A stretch of 64,000 nt of DNA from a bacterium (GCA_029945665.1 JAQSCZ010000125.1:67-64066), one strand, 5' to 3'. Counted from the stretch's first letter, positions 26,001-35,290 are shown. Numbers and translations: made by a program. The notes: generated by a model not told the origin, from the letters alone.

Positions 26001-26167
26001 AGTGTATCGGTTTATTGTACAAACAAGTATTGTAATTGCACAATCTAACCTGGTCTTTATTCTTAAAAAAAAATCAAGCAACTAAATACCAAGGATATTT
26101 AAAATACACTGATAATATTTTATTAGAACATTCGTTACTAATCCAAATTCAATTTGTATTAATATAC

Positions 26168-26920
26168 CTATTTACAATAAAGTTTTAAATAAGTGAGCGC
26201 CGCAGTATCTCCCAAATTATTCGCTGTTTGGAAATCAACACAGGCCCCTTTTTTATTTCCAAGGGTATATTGATACAAGCCCCTATAAACATAGGTTTGA
26301 GCTCGCTCAGGATTTAACTCTATGGCTTTTGTAAAATCGACAATTGCGCTATCATATAATTTCTTTGAACCATAACACAAACCACGGTAATAGTAACTAT
26401 TTTCGAATCGTCTGTTACATTCTACACTTTGGGTTAAACTCTCTATTGATGCGTCTACATCGTTTTGATTAATTCGGAATGTCGCTTTAGAAAATGCAGC
26501 CATTAAAAAGTCTGGTTTCCTTAACAAAGCTGCATCCATATCTGCAATGCCTCCTTTCTGATTTCCCTGAAATGATTTTAAGGTACCACGACCATAAAGT
26601 GCTAATACAAATTCAGGATTAATAGCAATGGCTTTGTTGTAATTTACCATCGCTTCGTCAAAATTACCTTGAATGAAATTTATTTGTGCTAAACCATAAA
26701 AAGCTTTCGCATTTTCAGGTTCCTCTTCTATTGCGGCATTGTATTCAACAATACCATTTTCGAAATCGCTTTCAAGTATATATTCATTTGCCATTACCAA
26801 ATGTTGATTGATAGTTTTACTATCGCCAGCTGATAACTTCGATTTTGCTTTGTTTTTTGGCGTTGAATTACAAGCACTCACAAGCAAAAGCAAGATGAGT
26901 AATAGGTTTAGATTTTTCAT
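26168..26920 (-). CDS. TPR-repeat lipoprotein
   Basis: 250 aa with a lipobox (LLVSAC). Repeated A..Y..A......A.....A... TPR pattern. Confidence 0.8.
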   Translation of the reverse strand: MKNLNLLLILLLLVSACNSTPKNKAKSKLSAGDSKTINQHLVMANEYILESDFENGIVEYNAAIEEEPENAKAFYGLAQINFIQGNFDEAMVNYNKAIAINPEFVLALYGRGTLKSFQGNQKGGIADMDAALLRKPDFLMAAFSKATFRINQNDVDASIESLTQSVECNRRFENSYYYRGLCYGSKKLYDSAIVDFTKAIELNPERAQTYVYRGLYQYTLGNKKGACVDFQTANNLGDTAALTYLKLYCK

Positions 26921-27045
26921 TCAGAGATGATTAAAGGGTCAAATGTATTGAATAATGGGAAGCTTACAAAATTCGGGAAATAGGAGACTGTATCCTTTGC
27001 TAATTTATAATACTTACTCTATGCTTTTTGTTTTCAGTATTTGAG

Positions 27046-27069
27046 AAAACATACCGATTGGTATGTTTT
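27046..27069. terminator. Perfect hairpin AAAACATACC-gatt-GGTATGTTTT (copy 1 of a repeated 24-nt palindromic element)
   Basis: 10-bp stem with built-in A and T tracts. It abuts and overlaps the stop codon of the 27068 gene. It is the exact reverse complement of 31134-31157. Confidence 0.6.
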
Positions 27070-27691
27070 ATTTCTTTCGACCAACAAATCTGATAACAGA
27101 ACCTACACCATTGTGGTAGAGACCCTCATTCAATTCTATAATGGTTTCTTCTAGCGCTAATATTTCATAATTATCGAAGTCTTCTTTTATCTCTTGAATA
27201 GAAAAAAGCATCTCCAATTCTTTCGGTCCACCTACTTTCTCATCCTTGGAATTATAGGCCAAATGACTTTTACTGAAGGCTTCGAAGATGATTAAACCGT
27301 CTTTTTTTACATAGCGATCGAGGGTTTGATGATAGGCCGATTTAATAGCTGCCGGAAAGTGAGCATAGATTAAAGCTAATGCATCAAATTGATTGGCTTT
27401 AAAATCTAATGTTTCCAAAAATCCAATCTGATAATCAATGTTAACATTATTCATTTCGGCCAACTGCATGGCCTTGTCTTTACCTGCTGAACTGATATCA
27501 AAAGCAAACACCTCCCAACCTTGTTTGGCTGCATATACTGCATTCCTTCCTTCACCTTCTGCAGGAAAAAGTATGCTTCCAGGAGTTAACTTTTCAAGTT
27601 GTTCCTTTAAATAATTATTAGGTTCTTCGCCATACGCATATTCTGATTGGCGGTAGCGTTCATTCCATCTTTCGGTCCAAGTATCTGTCAT
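27068..27691 (-). CDS. Class I SAM-dependent methyltransferase (TehB/TPMT-like size)
   Basis: Start re-set to the ATG at 27691 ([13 protein letters not shown]). '[16 protein letters not shown]' is a motif I variant, followed by 'VFAFDIS'. Confidence 0.75.
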   Translation of the reverse strand: MTDTWTERWNERYRQSEYAYGEEPNNYLKEQLEKLTPGSILFPAEGEGRNAVYAAKQGWEVFAFDISSAGKDKAMQLAEMNNVNIDYQIGFLETLDFKANQFDALALIYAHFPAAIKSAYHQTLDRYVKKDGLIIFEAFSKSHLAYNSKDEKVGGPKELEMLFSIQEIKEDFDNYEILALEETIIELNEGLYHNGVGSVIRFVGRKK

Positions 27692-27813
27692 GTGTTCGGT
27701 TATTGAGTGATTGAATTCTAAATATATCTTGTAGCGCAAAACTTTATGCAACTATATAATTTCGATGCCACTAAGGTAAGCTTGATTTTCAAATTTAAAC
27801 GCATTTAAAAAAT

Positions 27814-28068
27814 CTAATTACGCCTTCTGATTTGAATGATCAAATAAATCAAAACAACAAGCAACAACCAACCAATTAAATACCAATACAAATGAGAAAT
27901 AAAATTCGTTTCGCAAGGCGCACATGGTTGATTGGGGATACAGGGTGCGCAACGAACTGACATTTTATGAACGCCATACATTAGTATCAGGAATAAATTA
28001 CCCATGATCCACGCAAATAAATATTTTGAATAGCCTAATTTCCTCATATTTGAGTTTACTTTCTTCAT
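27814..28068 (-). CDS. Small two-TM membrane protein with duplicated CAPC motif
   Basis: 84 aa, ATG start. The loop between the two hydrophobic helices reads RCAPCIPNQPCAPCE. Confidence 0.45.
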   Translation of the reverse strand: MKKVNSNMRKLGYSKYLFAWIMGNLFLILMYGVHKMSVRCAPCIPNQPCAPCETNFISHLYWYLIGWLLLVVLIYLIIQIRRRN

Positions 28069-28106
28069 AATTCATTTTAAATGGGACTATACTTTACAAG
28101 TATAAA

Positions 28107-28715
28107 TTACAATACCATTGTTCTAAAAGTTAAATTTATTCTAGGCGTGTTAATGCGTTTTGTTGGAGGTAAACTATGCAACCAATTACTTTGCGTATTG
28201 CCCTTCATTAATAACAAACTACCATGTTCGAGTAACAATGAAATGGTTTGCTTATCTTGTTTGTGTTTAAACGCAAATTTACGCTCAGCACCAAAGCTGA
28301 TGGAGGCAATTGCTCCATCTTTTTTTAACTCCTTTTCTGCATCGCTATGCCAAGCCATGCCCTCTTCCCCAGTGTGATATAAATTAAGCAAGCAGGCATT
28401 AAATTGTTCACCAGTCTGTTTTTCTACCATGGTTTTTATTTCGAATAATTCATCGGACCAAATCAATGCTTGTTTCGTTATTTTAGAATAGGTATAATTA
28501 AAATTTGTATCGCCATACAAGGCAACTTTTCTTTTGGTTACTATGTGTTTTCCGAAAATTATAGCCTCGTCATTTCTCCATTCAATCGCATGCATTAAAC
28601 ATTGTAGATAATAACTCGCCACTTCATCGGTAAATAATTTTCCAAAATAATTAACCACTCCATCTTTCGGCAATAGGTTCACAGTTGAATTGTTTTCGTT
28701 ACTAAATAAGTTCAT
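28107..28715 (-). CDS. alkB: Fe(II)/2-oxoglutarate-dependent DNA/RNA dealkylase AlkB
   Basis: 202 aa. 'LLNLYHTGEEGMAWHSDAE', 'ISFGAERKFAFKH' and 'HSLPPTK...RINLTFR'. Confidence 0.9.
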   Translation of the reverse strand: MNLFSNENNSTVNLLPKDGVVNYFGKLFTDEVASYYLQCLMHAIEWRNDEAIIFGKHIVTKRKVALYGDTNFNYTYSKITKQALIWSDELFEIKTMVEKQTGEQFNACLLNLYHTGEEGMAWHSDAEKELKKDGAIASISFGAERKFAFKHKQDKQTISLLLEHGSLLLMKGNTQSNWLHSLPPTKRINTPRINLTFRTMVL

Positions 28716-28743
28716 TGTTTGATACCAATTTTATGTTTATTTG

Positions 28744-29604
28744 TTAAAAATCAATGTTTAGATGATCATTAATTTTGGCAGCCTCCCATCCTATTAAGGC
28801 CGACTTGCGATTTATACCCCACCTATAGCCTCCCAATTTCCCAGTCGCTTGAATGACCCGATGGCAAGGAATTAGAAATGCAATAGGATTGCTTCCAATA
28901 GCACTACCAATGGCTCGAGCAGCTTTCGGCTGATCAACAAGTTTGGCAATGCTCCCATAAGTTGTTAGGCAACCCATAGGAATCTTTAGCAAACTTTCCC
29001 ATACCTTTAACTGAAAACCGGAACCGTTTAAATGCAACTTAATTGGTTTAAGTTGTTCCCAATCAAGCCTAAAAATATGCAATGCATTTTGTTGGTTCAC
29101 ATCGAAATTTTGCTTAAAAAACGCGTTGGGAAACTGATTATAAAGTTCACTCAACGCTAGTTCTTTATCTTCAATAAAAACTAAATAGCAAATCCCTTTT
29201 GCTGTTGATGCAATTAAAATATCGCCAAATGGGGTGAGAGAAAAACTATAATTGATAGCTAAATTCTGACCACCATTTTTAAATTCAGCCGGTGTCATCC
29301 CTTCTATCTTAATAAATAAATCGTGTAGCCTACTGGTGCCAGACAAACCCGTTTCACTGGCAGTTTCAAACAAAGTCATTTGTTTTTCTTTTAACATTTT
29401 TTTTGCGTATTCGATACTAATAAATTGTAGAAATTTTTTAGGGCTGGTGCCAACCCACTCCTTAAATAAGCGCTGAAAATGAAAAGGACTTAAATGAACA
29501 TTTTCTGCCAGTTCTTCTAAACTTGGCTGACTTTTAAAATGGGTTTGTATATAATCAATTGCTTCTGTAATTCTTTGATAATTGATAGTATCTTGGGCGT
29601 TCAT
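28744..29604 (-). CDS. AraC-type HTH fused to O6-methylguanine-DNA methyltransferase (Ada-like, no N-terminal Zn domain)
   Basis: The track start at 29625 is TTG; the ATG at 29604 (MNAQDTINY) is preferred. AraC HTH 'LSPFHFQRLFKEWVGTSPKKF'; MGMT active site 'IPCHRVI'. Confidence 0.9.
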   Translation of the reverse strand: MNAQDTINYQRITEAIDYIQTHFKSQPSLEELAENVHLSPFHFQRLFKEWVGTSPKKFLQFISIEYAKKMLKEKQMTLFETASETGLSGTSRLHDLFIKIEGMTPAEFKNGGQNLAINYSFSLTPFGDILIASTAKGICYLVFIEDKELALSELYNQFPNAFFKQNFDVNQQNALHIFRLDWEQLKPIKLHLNGSGFQLKVWESLLKIPMGCLTTYGSIAKLVDQPKAARAIGSAIGSNPIAFLIPCHRVIQATGKLGGYRWGINRKSALIGWEAAKINDHLNIDF

Positions 29605-29918
29605 CTTATCTATTTGATGAAGCAAATATCGCTTATTTTTATTTGTCAGAAAATCCGAAACTTGCTATTTTTATCAAAACAAAAATAGCTTACAAATTTA
29701 AAAACAGGTTGACAAAGAAAACAACTTTAATAAAAGAATAACAAATTCTCGTAAGAACAATTATAAATCGACAGACAAGATGTTTGATCACAACCTAGAA
29801 TTTATGGCTCGGATAACCGTCCTTTTTTCAAAATTTGACATTGACAATCAATAGCATAGGATAAACAGACGCCAAATTATAAAATATTGTGTAGTTTGCA
29901 AAATGTAAATAGTCCGTT

Positions 29919-31121
29919 ATGCTAATACCTGAATTTCACACACAAGAAGTTGACAGACTGCAAGCTTTGGCGGCTTATGGGCAAATAGATACGCCCCCCG
30001 ATGCAGACCTCAATGATTTAACAAATCTTGCTTCTGATATTTGCAATACCCCTATGGCACTTATAACACTTGTGAATGGTTATCGCCAGTGGTTCAAAGC
30101 AAAAAAAGGCATTGATATAGTTGAGACACCCCGTGAAATTGCATTATGCGCACACAGTATACTTAGTAACGAAGATATTCTAGAAATACCCGACGCACGC
30201 CTAGACGAAAGGTTCAAGGAAAATCCATTTGTTAAGGGCGAACCTCATGTGGTATTCTATGCTGGCGCCATATTGAGAACGGAAACAGGATTGCCTCTAG
30301 GAACACTTTGCGTTTTAGATACACAACCACGCAAATTGAACATGGAGCAATTAAATGCACTTAAAACAATTGCAGACCAGGTAATGTACCGTTTTGAGTT
30401 ACAAAAAAACCAAAATCAATTGCTCGCATTGAGTAACGAATTGCAAAACAAAAACGACGAACTTGCTCGGTTTGCTTATGTCGCTGCACATGATTTAAAA
30501 ACGCCCTTGAACACCATCGGAGCCCTTGTAGATTTATTCAAAAAGAATCACTCAACCCCTGTCGATGCAGAGGGTCATAAGATATTATCTTTTATAAAAG
30601 ATTCTTCCGACCGACTCTACAAATTAGTTGAAAATTTACTTAATTTTTCACGTTTAGACAATTTAGACACGTATTCTAAAACCAATATTTCGCTCAAAAG
30701 CCTTGTGCATTATCTTACTAAAATTTCTGGATCAACGGTTCCGGTAAAATTTTCTCTAAACTCAACACTTGAAGAGGTTGTTTTAAATGATACACTGCTC
30801 GATCAAATATTGATGAATCTTGTGAACAATGCCATTAAACACAATGACAAGGATACTGTCGAAATTGAGTTAGCTGTAGCTGAAACGGATACACATTATA
30901 TGTTCACTTTGAAAGACAATGGACCGGGGATTGCCACAGACAACTTGCCTAAAATATTTACCTTGTTTGAAACTATTTCTAATAAAGACCGATTTGGAAT
31001 TAAAGGGAATGGCATTGGGTTAGCAACTGTAAAAACATTGGTTGAAAAAAACCAAGGCCGCGTTTCTGTTGAATCAAAATTTGGTGAAGGCTGCTCCTTT
31101 CAATTTTCATTAATCAAATAG
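29919..31121 (+). CDS. GAF-domain sensor histidine kinase (cytoplasmic, no partner response regulator nearby)
   Basis: 400 aa. N-terminal GAF-like domain, H-box 'FAYVAAHDLKTPL', N-box 'LMNLVNNAIKH' and G-boxes 'DNGPGI' / 'GNGIGL'. Confidence 0.85.
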   Translation: MLIPEFHTQEVDRLQALAAYGQIDTPPDADLNDLTNLASDICNTPMALITLVNGYRQWFKAKKGIDIVETPREIALCAHSILSNEDILEIPDARLDERFKENPFVKGEPHVVFYAGAILRTETGLPLGTLCVLDTQPRKLNMEQLNALKTIADQVMYRFELQKNQNQLLALSNELQNKNDELARFAYVAAHDLKTPLNTIGALVDLFKKNHSTPVDAEGHKILSFIKDSSDRLYKLVENLLNFSRLDNLDTYSKTNISLKSLVHYLTKISGSTVPVKFSLNSTLEEVVLNDTLLDQILMNLVNNAIKHNDKDTVEIELAVAETDTHYMFTLKDNGPGIATDNLPKIFTLFETISNKDRFGIKGNGIGLATVKTLVEKNQGRVSVESKFGEGCSFQFSLIK

Positions 31122-31133
31122 AAATTTCCTCTT

Positions 31134-31157
31134 AAAACATACCAATCGGTATGTTTT
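31134..31157. terminator. Perfect hairpin AAAACATACC-aatc-GGTATGTTTT (copy 2 of the 24-nt palindromic element)
   Basis: Lies 13 nt after the histidine-kinase stop. It is the exact reverse complement of 27046-27069. Confidence 0.65.
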
Positions 31158-31165
31158 AAAATACC

Positions 31166-31615
31166 ATGTTTATTCATGAAACAAATACAAAAAATGCCAG
31201 AATAAATTGGTTTAAAAAATTGACAATTGATTTTCTTTTTTACAGTTTGCTAATCTTATCAATCGCTCTTTTTAAAAATCTAAGTTTAAGCTATTTTGAA
31301 ATCCCAATAACTGTTTACTTTTTACTGAAATTAGGCAACAGCTTAACCCAACAACATATTTGCAAAATTGAAATCAATGCCGCAAATAATCAGTTGAAAA
31401 TTTATCTAACAAGCAAAATGTCTGGTGATGATATAAGAACTTATGAATTATCGAATGTAAGTTCAAAAACAAACCCTAACTCACACTTGTCGCAATGGAT
31501 AAAAGGTCCTTTAACTTTATTTATAGCCTTACCAGATAAAGCAGTATTTCAAATCAATGGCTATTATGGCTTTGCTCCGGCAGCCTTAAGAAGTATAGAT
31601 GAGCAATTAAAATAA
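31166..31615 (+). CDS. Hypothetical two-TM membrane protein
   Basis: 149-aa ORF with ATG start and two N-terminal hydrophobic helices. I recognise no family. Confidence 0.45.
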   Translation: MFIHETNTKNARINWFKKLTIDFLFYSLLILSIALFKNLSLSYFEIPITVYFLLKLGNSLTQQHICKIEINAANNQLKIYLTSKMSGDDIRTYELSNVSSKTNPNSHLSQWIKGPLTLFIALPDKAVFQINGYYGFAPAALRSIDEQLK

Positions 31616-31641
31616 AAACATAGAATGTGCGTTAAGACTCA

Positions 31642-32187
31642 ATGACTCTAAAAATAAATCTGATTCTATACTACCTAATCCTACTTTCCTTTTTTAGCAT
31701 TGGATGTCAGACTTTCAATCGCAAATCTGAAAAAAAAAGACTTGAATACAGTCCCAAAACAATCCCACTGATAACCTATATTACTTATGATTCAACAAGA
31801 AATAATCGAAAATACAACAAAGGCTATCCTGCCCAAATAACCATTACGGATTCGATTCAAATTGAAAGTTTATTGATGACATGTCTTGCAAAGTACAATA
31901 TTTTTGAAGAAAGGTATTACGACGAATTAAAAACGAAACAACCTCTTTTAGACATTTATAAGGAGAATTTCATTATTACACTTAGTCGATACAAAAGACA
32001 ATACATGGCTATTATTAATCCGCAAGGCGAAAAGGAAGTATGGATCAATTGTTTTTGTACACATTGGAACGAGATAGACATTCATTATCCCGTTGAAGTT
32101 TCTGATGGAGGAAATTGCTTTTTTAATTTAAAAATCAATTTAAGCAAAGGCATTTATTATCACATGATGGTTAACGGTGATGCTTAA
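31642..32187 (+). CDS. Hypothetical lipoprotein
   Basis: 181 aa. Signal peptide plus lipobox (FSIGC). Confidence 0.5.
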   Translation: MTLKINLILYYLILLSFFSIGCQTFNRKSEKKRLEYSPKTIPLITYITYDSTRNNRKYNKGYPAQITITDSIQIESLLMTCLAKYNIFEERYYDELKTKQPLLDIYKENFIITLSRYKRQYMAIINPQGEKEVWINCFCTHWNEIDIHYPVEVSDGGNCFFNLKINLSKGIYYHMMVNGDA

Positions 32188-32225
32188 ATAAAAAATGAAT
32201 TACATTTGAATTAATAAATACATCC

Positions 32226-32741
32226 ATGCTTAAACCAGAACCATCCGAATACAATCCATACTTTAAAGCCTATATAGATTTAGTCCCCGAAGGCCAATTT
32301 CAAGTACTATTAAGTCAAAATAGTGAGCGCATGATAGCCTATTGCAATGCGATTTCCGAAACTGATTCTAATTATCAATATGGTGCCGATAAGTGGTCGA
32401 TTAAGGAAGTGCTAATGCACATCATAGATGTCGAGCGCACCATGGTGAATAGGGCATTTGTTGCATCTCGCGGTGATAATGAATCGACCCTATTTAAGAT
32501 GGACGATGCCCTCTATCAAAAAAATGCCAAAGCAGCTACTCGTTCATTTAAAAACTTGGTTGAAGAATTTAATTTAGTTCGCGCAAATACATTTTTTTTC
32601 TTTAACACATTGAATGATTCCCAATCCGAATTAAAAGCCAATACTGTTCCTCAAGCAATATCAGTCCGCGCGCTTGCTTATATTATCATAGGCCATAGTT
32701 ACCACCATTTAAATATCCTAAAGGAGCGTTATAAATTTTAA
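32226..32741 (+). CDS. DinB-family (four-helix bundle) protein
   Basis: 171 aa. 'YNPYFKAYIDLVPEG', 'WSIKEVLMHIIDVER' and 'GHSYHH'. Confidence 0.8.
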   Translation: MLKPEPSEYNPYFKAYIDLVPEGQFQVLLSQNSERMIAYCNAISETDSNYQYGADKWSIKEVLMHIIDVERTMVNRAFVASRGDNESTLFKMDDALYQKNAKAATRSFKNLVEEFNLVRANTFFFFNTLNDSQSELKANTVPQAISVRALAYIIIGHSYHHLNILKERYKF

Positions 32742-32743
32742 CA

Positions 32744-33097
32744 ATGGCATATAACGAAACCCTTGCCAATCGCATTCGCGAATATTTTGTCGACCATTTG
32801 CAATTCAATTTCGAGGAAAAAAGAATGATGGGTGGTTTAACTTTTATGTTAAATGGCAAAATGTGCGTTGGTGTTTTTAAACAAGATTTAATGTGTAGAA
32901 TTGATCCCGAGCAACACGAACAAGCCATTGAACAAAATGGCTGCAAAACAATGGAGTTCAATAACCGTGGGATGCATGGCTATGTTTTAGTGGATGAAAT
33001 GGTGCTCAATAAAAAAGAGACCTTCGACTATTGGATGCAATTAAGTATTGAATTTAATCCAAAAGCAAAGGCCTCTAAAAAGAAAAATAAAAAATAA
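32744..33097 (+). CDS. TfoX/Sxy N-terminal-domain protein
   Basis: 117 aa. 'LANRIREYF...EKRMMGGLTFMLNGKMCVGV' matches my memory of the TfoX_N pattern. Confidence 0.7.
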   Translation: MAYNETLANRIREYFVDHLQFNFEEKRMMGGLTFMLNGKMCVGVFKQDLMCRIDPEQHEQAIEQNGCKTMEFNNRGMHGYVLVDEMVLNKKETFDYWMQLSIEFNPKAKASKKKNKK

Positions 33098-33116
33098 AAA
33101 TCGCTACTTCACCGCA

Positions 33117-34586
33117 TTATAATTTGATTCCAAAATAAGTGGCCAAATCTTTTGAATTTTTAATGGTATCATTGGCTTTTGTAACTAAAAAGGTATAAAC
33201 GCCATCGTTTTCAACTTTCATCTTTGCAAAATCTTCTTGTTTCAGTAAATACAAGTCGCCAGTTCTAGTAAACATTGCCAATGCATTATTTCCTTTTGGA
33301 TTGCAACTAAAACTTTTGGCACTAAAACTAAATGCACCATTAAAATCCAAATCAATTAAAGAAACTAAATAAGGATTTGAAATTAATTTTCCATCCTGAT
33401 CCTTATACCTAGCAAGCACATTTACCACCTTTGGTAATTGATAAATTTGATCGCAATTATAAACTCCAAATGATGGCACATTTAATCCACGTATAATATC
33501 GGGATAGGTATGTCCTACATCGGCTCCACTAGCTAATAGAGTTGCTGTGCGACCATTATTTGCAAATAACCCTTTTTTATTATCATTAGGTTCATCACCA
33601 TGGAACTTAACTGTATCAATTGAAGCTTGTACAATTTCATTGTTTGCATTAGCTCCTCCTACCCATCTGAGTAAAGGGCAATGTCGTTTTTTTCCACTAC
33701 CTCCTCCTGCATTTTCATTGATTGGAGCTTTTTTAACCTTTTCTCTAATTTGCATTGGTCGATTGGGCAACATTTCTTGTTCCATTTTCCATTCATTGCT
33801 TGTTTTATTTAAACTAAAAAAAGCCATGTCTTTTACTTGCCTGGCGATGGCATAATCCACTGTTAATTGCTTCCCTTTGCAAAGTTCAACTGGCTTACCT
33901 CCATATGTCCCTTGAATTTCGAACATACCCGCACTGTTAAAATGGTATTCGAAATTATTCGCTTTATAAGTCATTTTTATACCAGAAAAAGCCATCTCAG
34001 CCGAATTGGTATACTCGCGAAACATTAAATCTAGAGTTTGATTCGAATTAGAATTCACACCACAATTAAAGGCATTCTTTGGTACATGAATTTTTGTTCC
34101 CTTAGCATTTACAACGATGGTTGTATCTTTGTTCATGTTTATTTCAAAATGTGTAAAAGGCATTTCGAAGCCTGTGGGCAAATGAAATTCATTTTTAATG
34201 TAACATATCTCTACCCGGCGATTTTGTTGCTTCCCCAATTCACTTGTGTTTTTTTCTTTGGGCTGCAATTCTCCTTTGTAAGTAATTTCTATTGGCTTAA
34301 AATCCGATACATTACTCTGCAAATAATTGAGCACCGTACTGGCTCTTTCCTTCGACAGCGCAATGTTATAGGCATCACTTCCTTGGCAGTCGGTATGACC
34401 AACGATAGAAACTACACTAATTTCTTTCAGTTTAATTTGCTTGATAAATTGATTCAATTGTTCCTTGCTTTTAATGGTAAGTTGTGATTTAGAAGATTCA
34501 AAAAAGAGTGTTTCAACCAGGATTTCTTGTGCCATTATATGAAGGCTCAAGCAACCTAAACAAATAGTTAAGATTAATTTTTTCAT
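33117..34586 (-). CDS. OmpA-family protein: peptidoglycan-binding OmpA-like domain at the N-terminus, then about 350 aa of unknown fold
   Basis: Start re-set to the ATG at 34586 (MKKLILTICLG). 'FFESSKSQL...IVGHTDCQGSDAYNIALSKERASTV..YL...NRRVEI'. Confidence 0.8.
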   Translation of the reverse strand: MKKLILTICLGCLSLHIMAQEILVETLFFESSKSQLTIKSKEQLNQFIKQIKLKEISVVSIVGHTDCQGSDAYNIALSKERASTVLNYLQSNVSDFKPIEITYKGELQPKEKNTSELGKQQNRRVEICYIKNEFHLPTGFEMPFTHFEINMNKDTTIVVNAKGTKIHVPKNAFNCGVNSNSNQTLDLMFREYTNSAEMAFSGIKMTYKANNFEYHFNSAGMFEIQGTYGGKPVELCKGKQLTVDYAIARQVKDMAFFSLNKTSNEWKMEQEMLPNRPMQIREKVKKAPINENAGGGSGKKRHCPLLRWVGGANANNEIVQASIDTVKFHGDEPNDNKKGLFANNGRTATLLASGADVGHTYPDIIRGLNVPSFGVYNCDQIYQLPKVVNVLARYKDQDGKLISNPYLVSLIDLDFNGAFSFSAKSFSCNPKGNNALAMFTRTGDLYLLKQEDFAKMKVENDGVYTFLVTKANDTIKNSKDLATYFGIKL

Positions 34587-34984
34587 GTTATTTAATGTTG
34601 ATTTTAAAAAAAGGTAAACCAAAAAGAAAATGGAAATAAGAAAATGGAGATTGGAATTCTAATCATACTTTAAACGAAAGTCCACCTATAAAATTGCTTT
34701 TTAACACCCTACAATTTATTGTGTATGAAGTAAAATTTTTTCCAAAATGGCTTCTAAAGCTGTTAATTAAGCTTTAATTGCTTCTAAAATCAACTATTTA
34801 CAAAACATTAAATAACAAGCATTTAAATTATTCAAATAAATATTTGTCGTAACAAATAAGAAAGAATTATTTTATTTTTGAGTATAAAATACTATTTTTG
34901 ATAAACACTATTGTTTTTTTTTAAGTTCCAAAAATTAAAAAAACAAAACATTATTGAACATCCTTTTAAAACCTAAAAAAAAGT

Positions 34985-35290
34985 ATGAAAAGTATGAACA
35001 ACAAACCCTTTCTCGCTAAATTTAGCAAACAAACAACAAGTGCTGCTCACCCTTCTCACTTGTTTCAAGAATTTGAACACAACTCACTTCTGCATGATCA
35101 TGGTGTGGAACAACAAGATGAAGAAAAAATAATACCTTCGAGTGAGAAAAAATCAAGTTCATTTGGTCGAAGATTTATTGGCTTGCCTATTAAATCGCGT
35201 TACAAAAAAGTAGCCACTGCCATGAATTTCCTAGAAATTTTTGACGAGGAAAAAGAATTAAAAGCGCGTTTTAAAGCACGCCATATTTAA
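34985..35290 (+). CDS. Hypothetical protein
   Basis: 101-aa ORF following a 360-bp AT-rich gap. No recognisable motifs. Confidence 0.3.
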   Translation: MKSMNNKPFLAKFSKQTTSAAHPSHLFQEFEHNSLLHDHGVEQQDEEKIIPSSEKKSSSFGRRFIGLPIKSRYKKVATAMNFLEIFDEEKELKARFKARHI

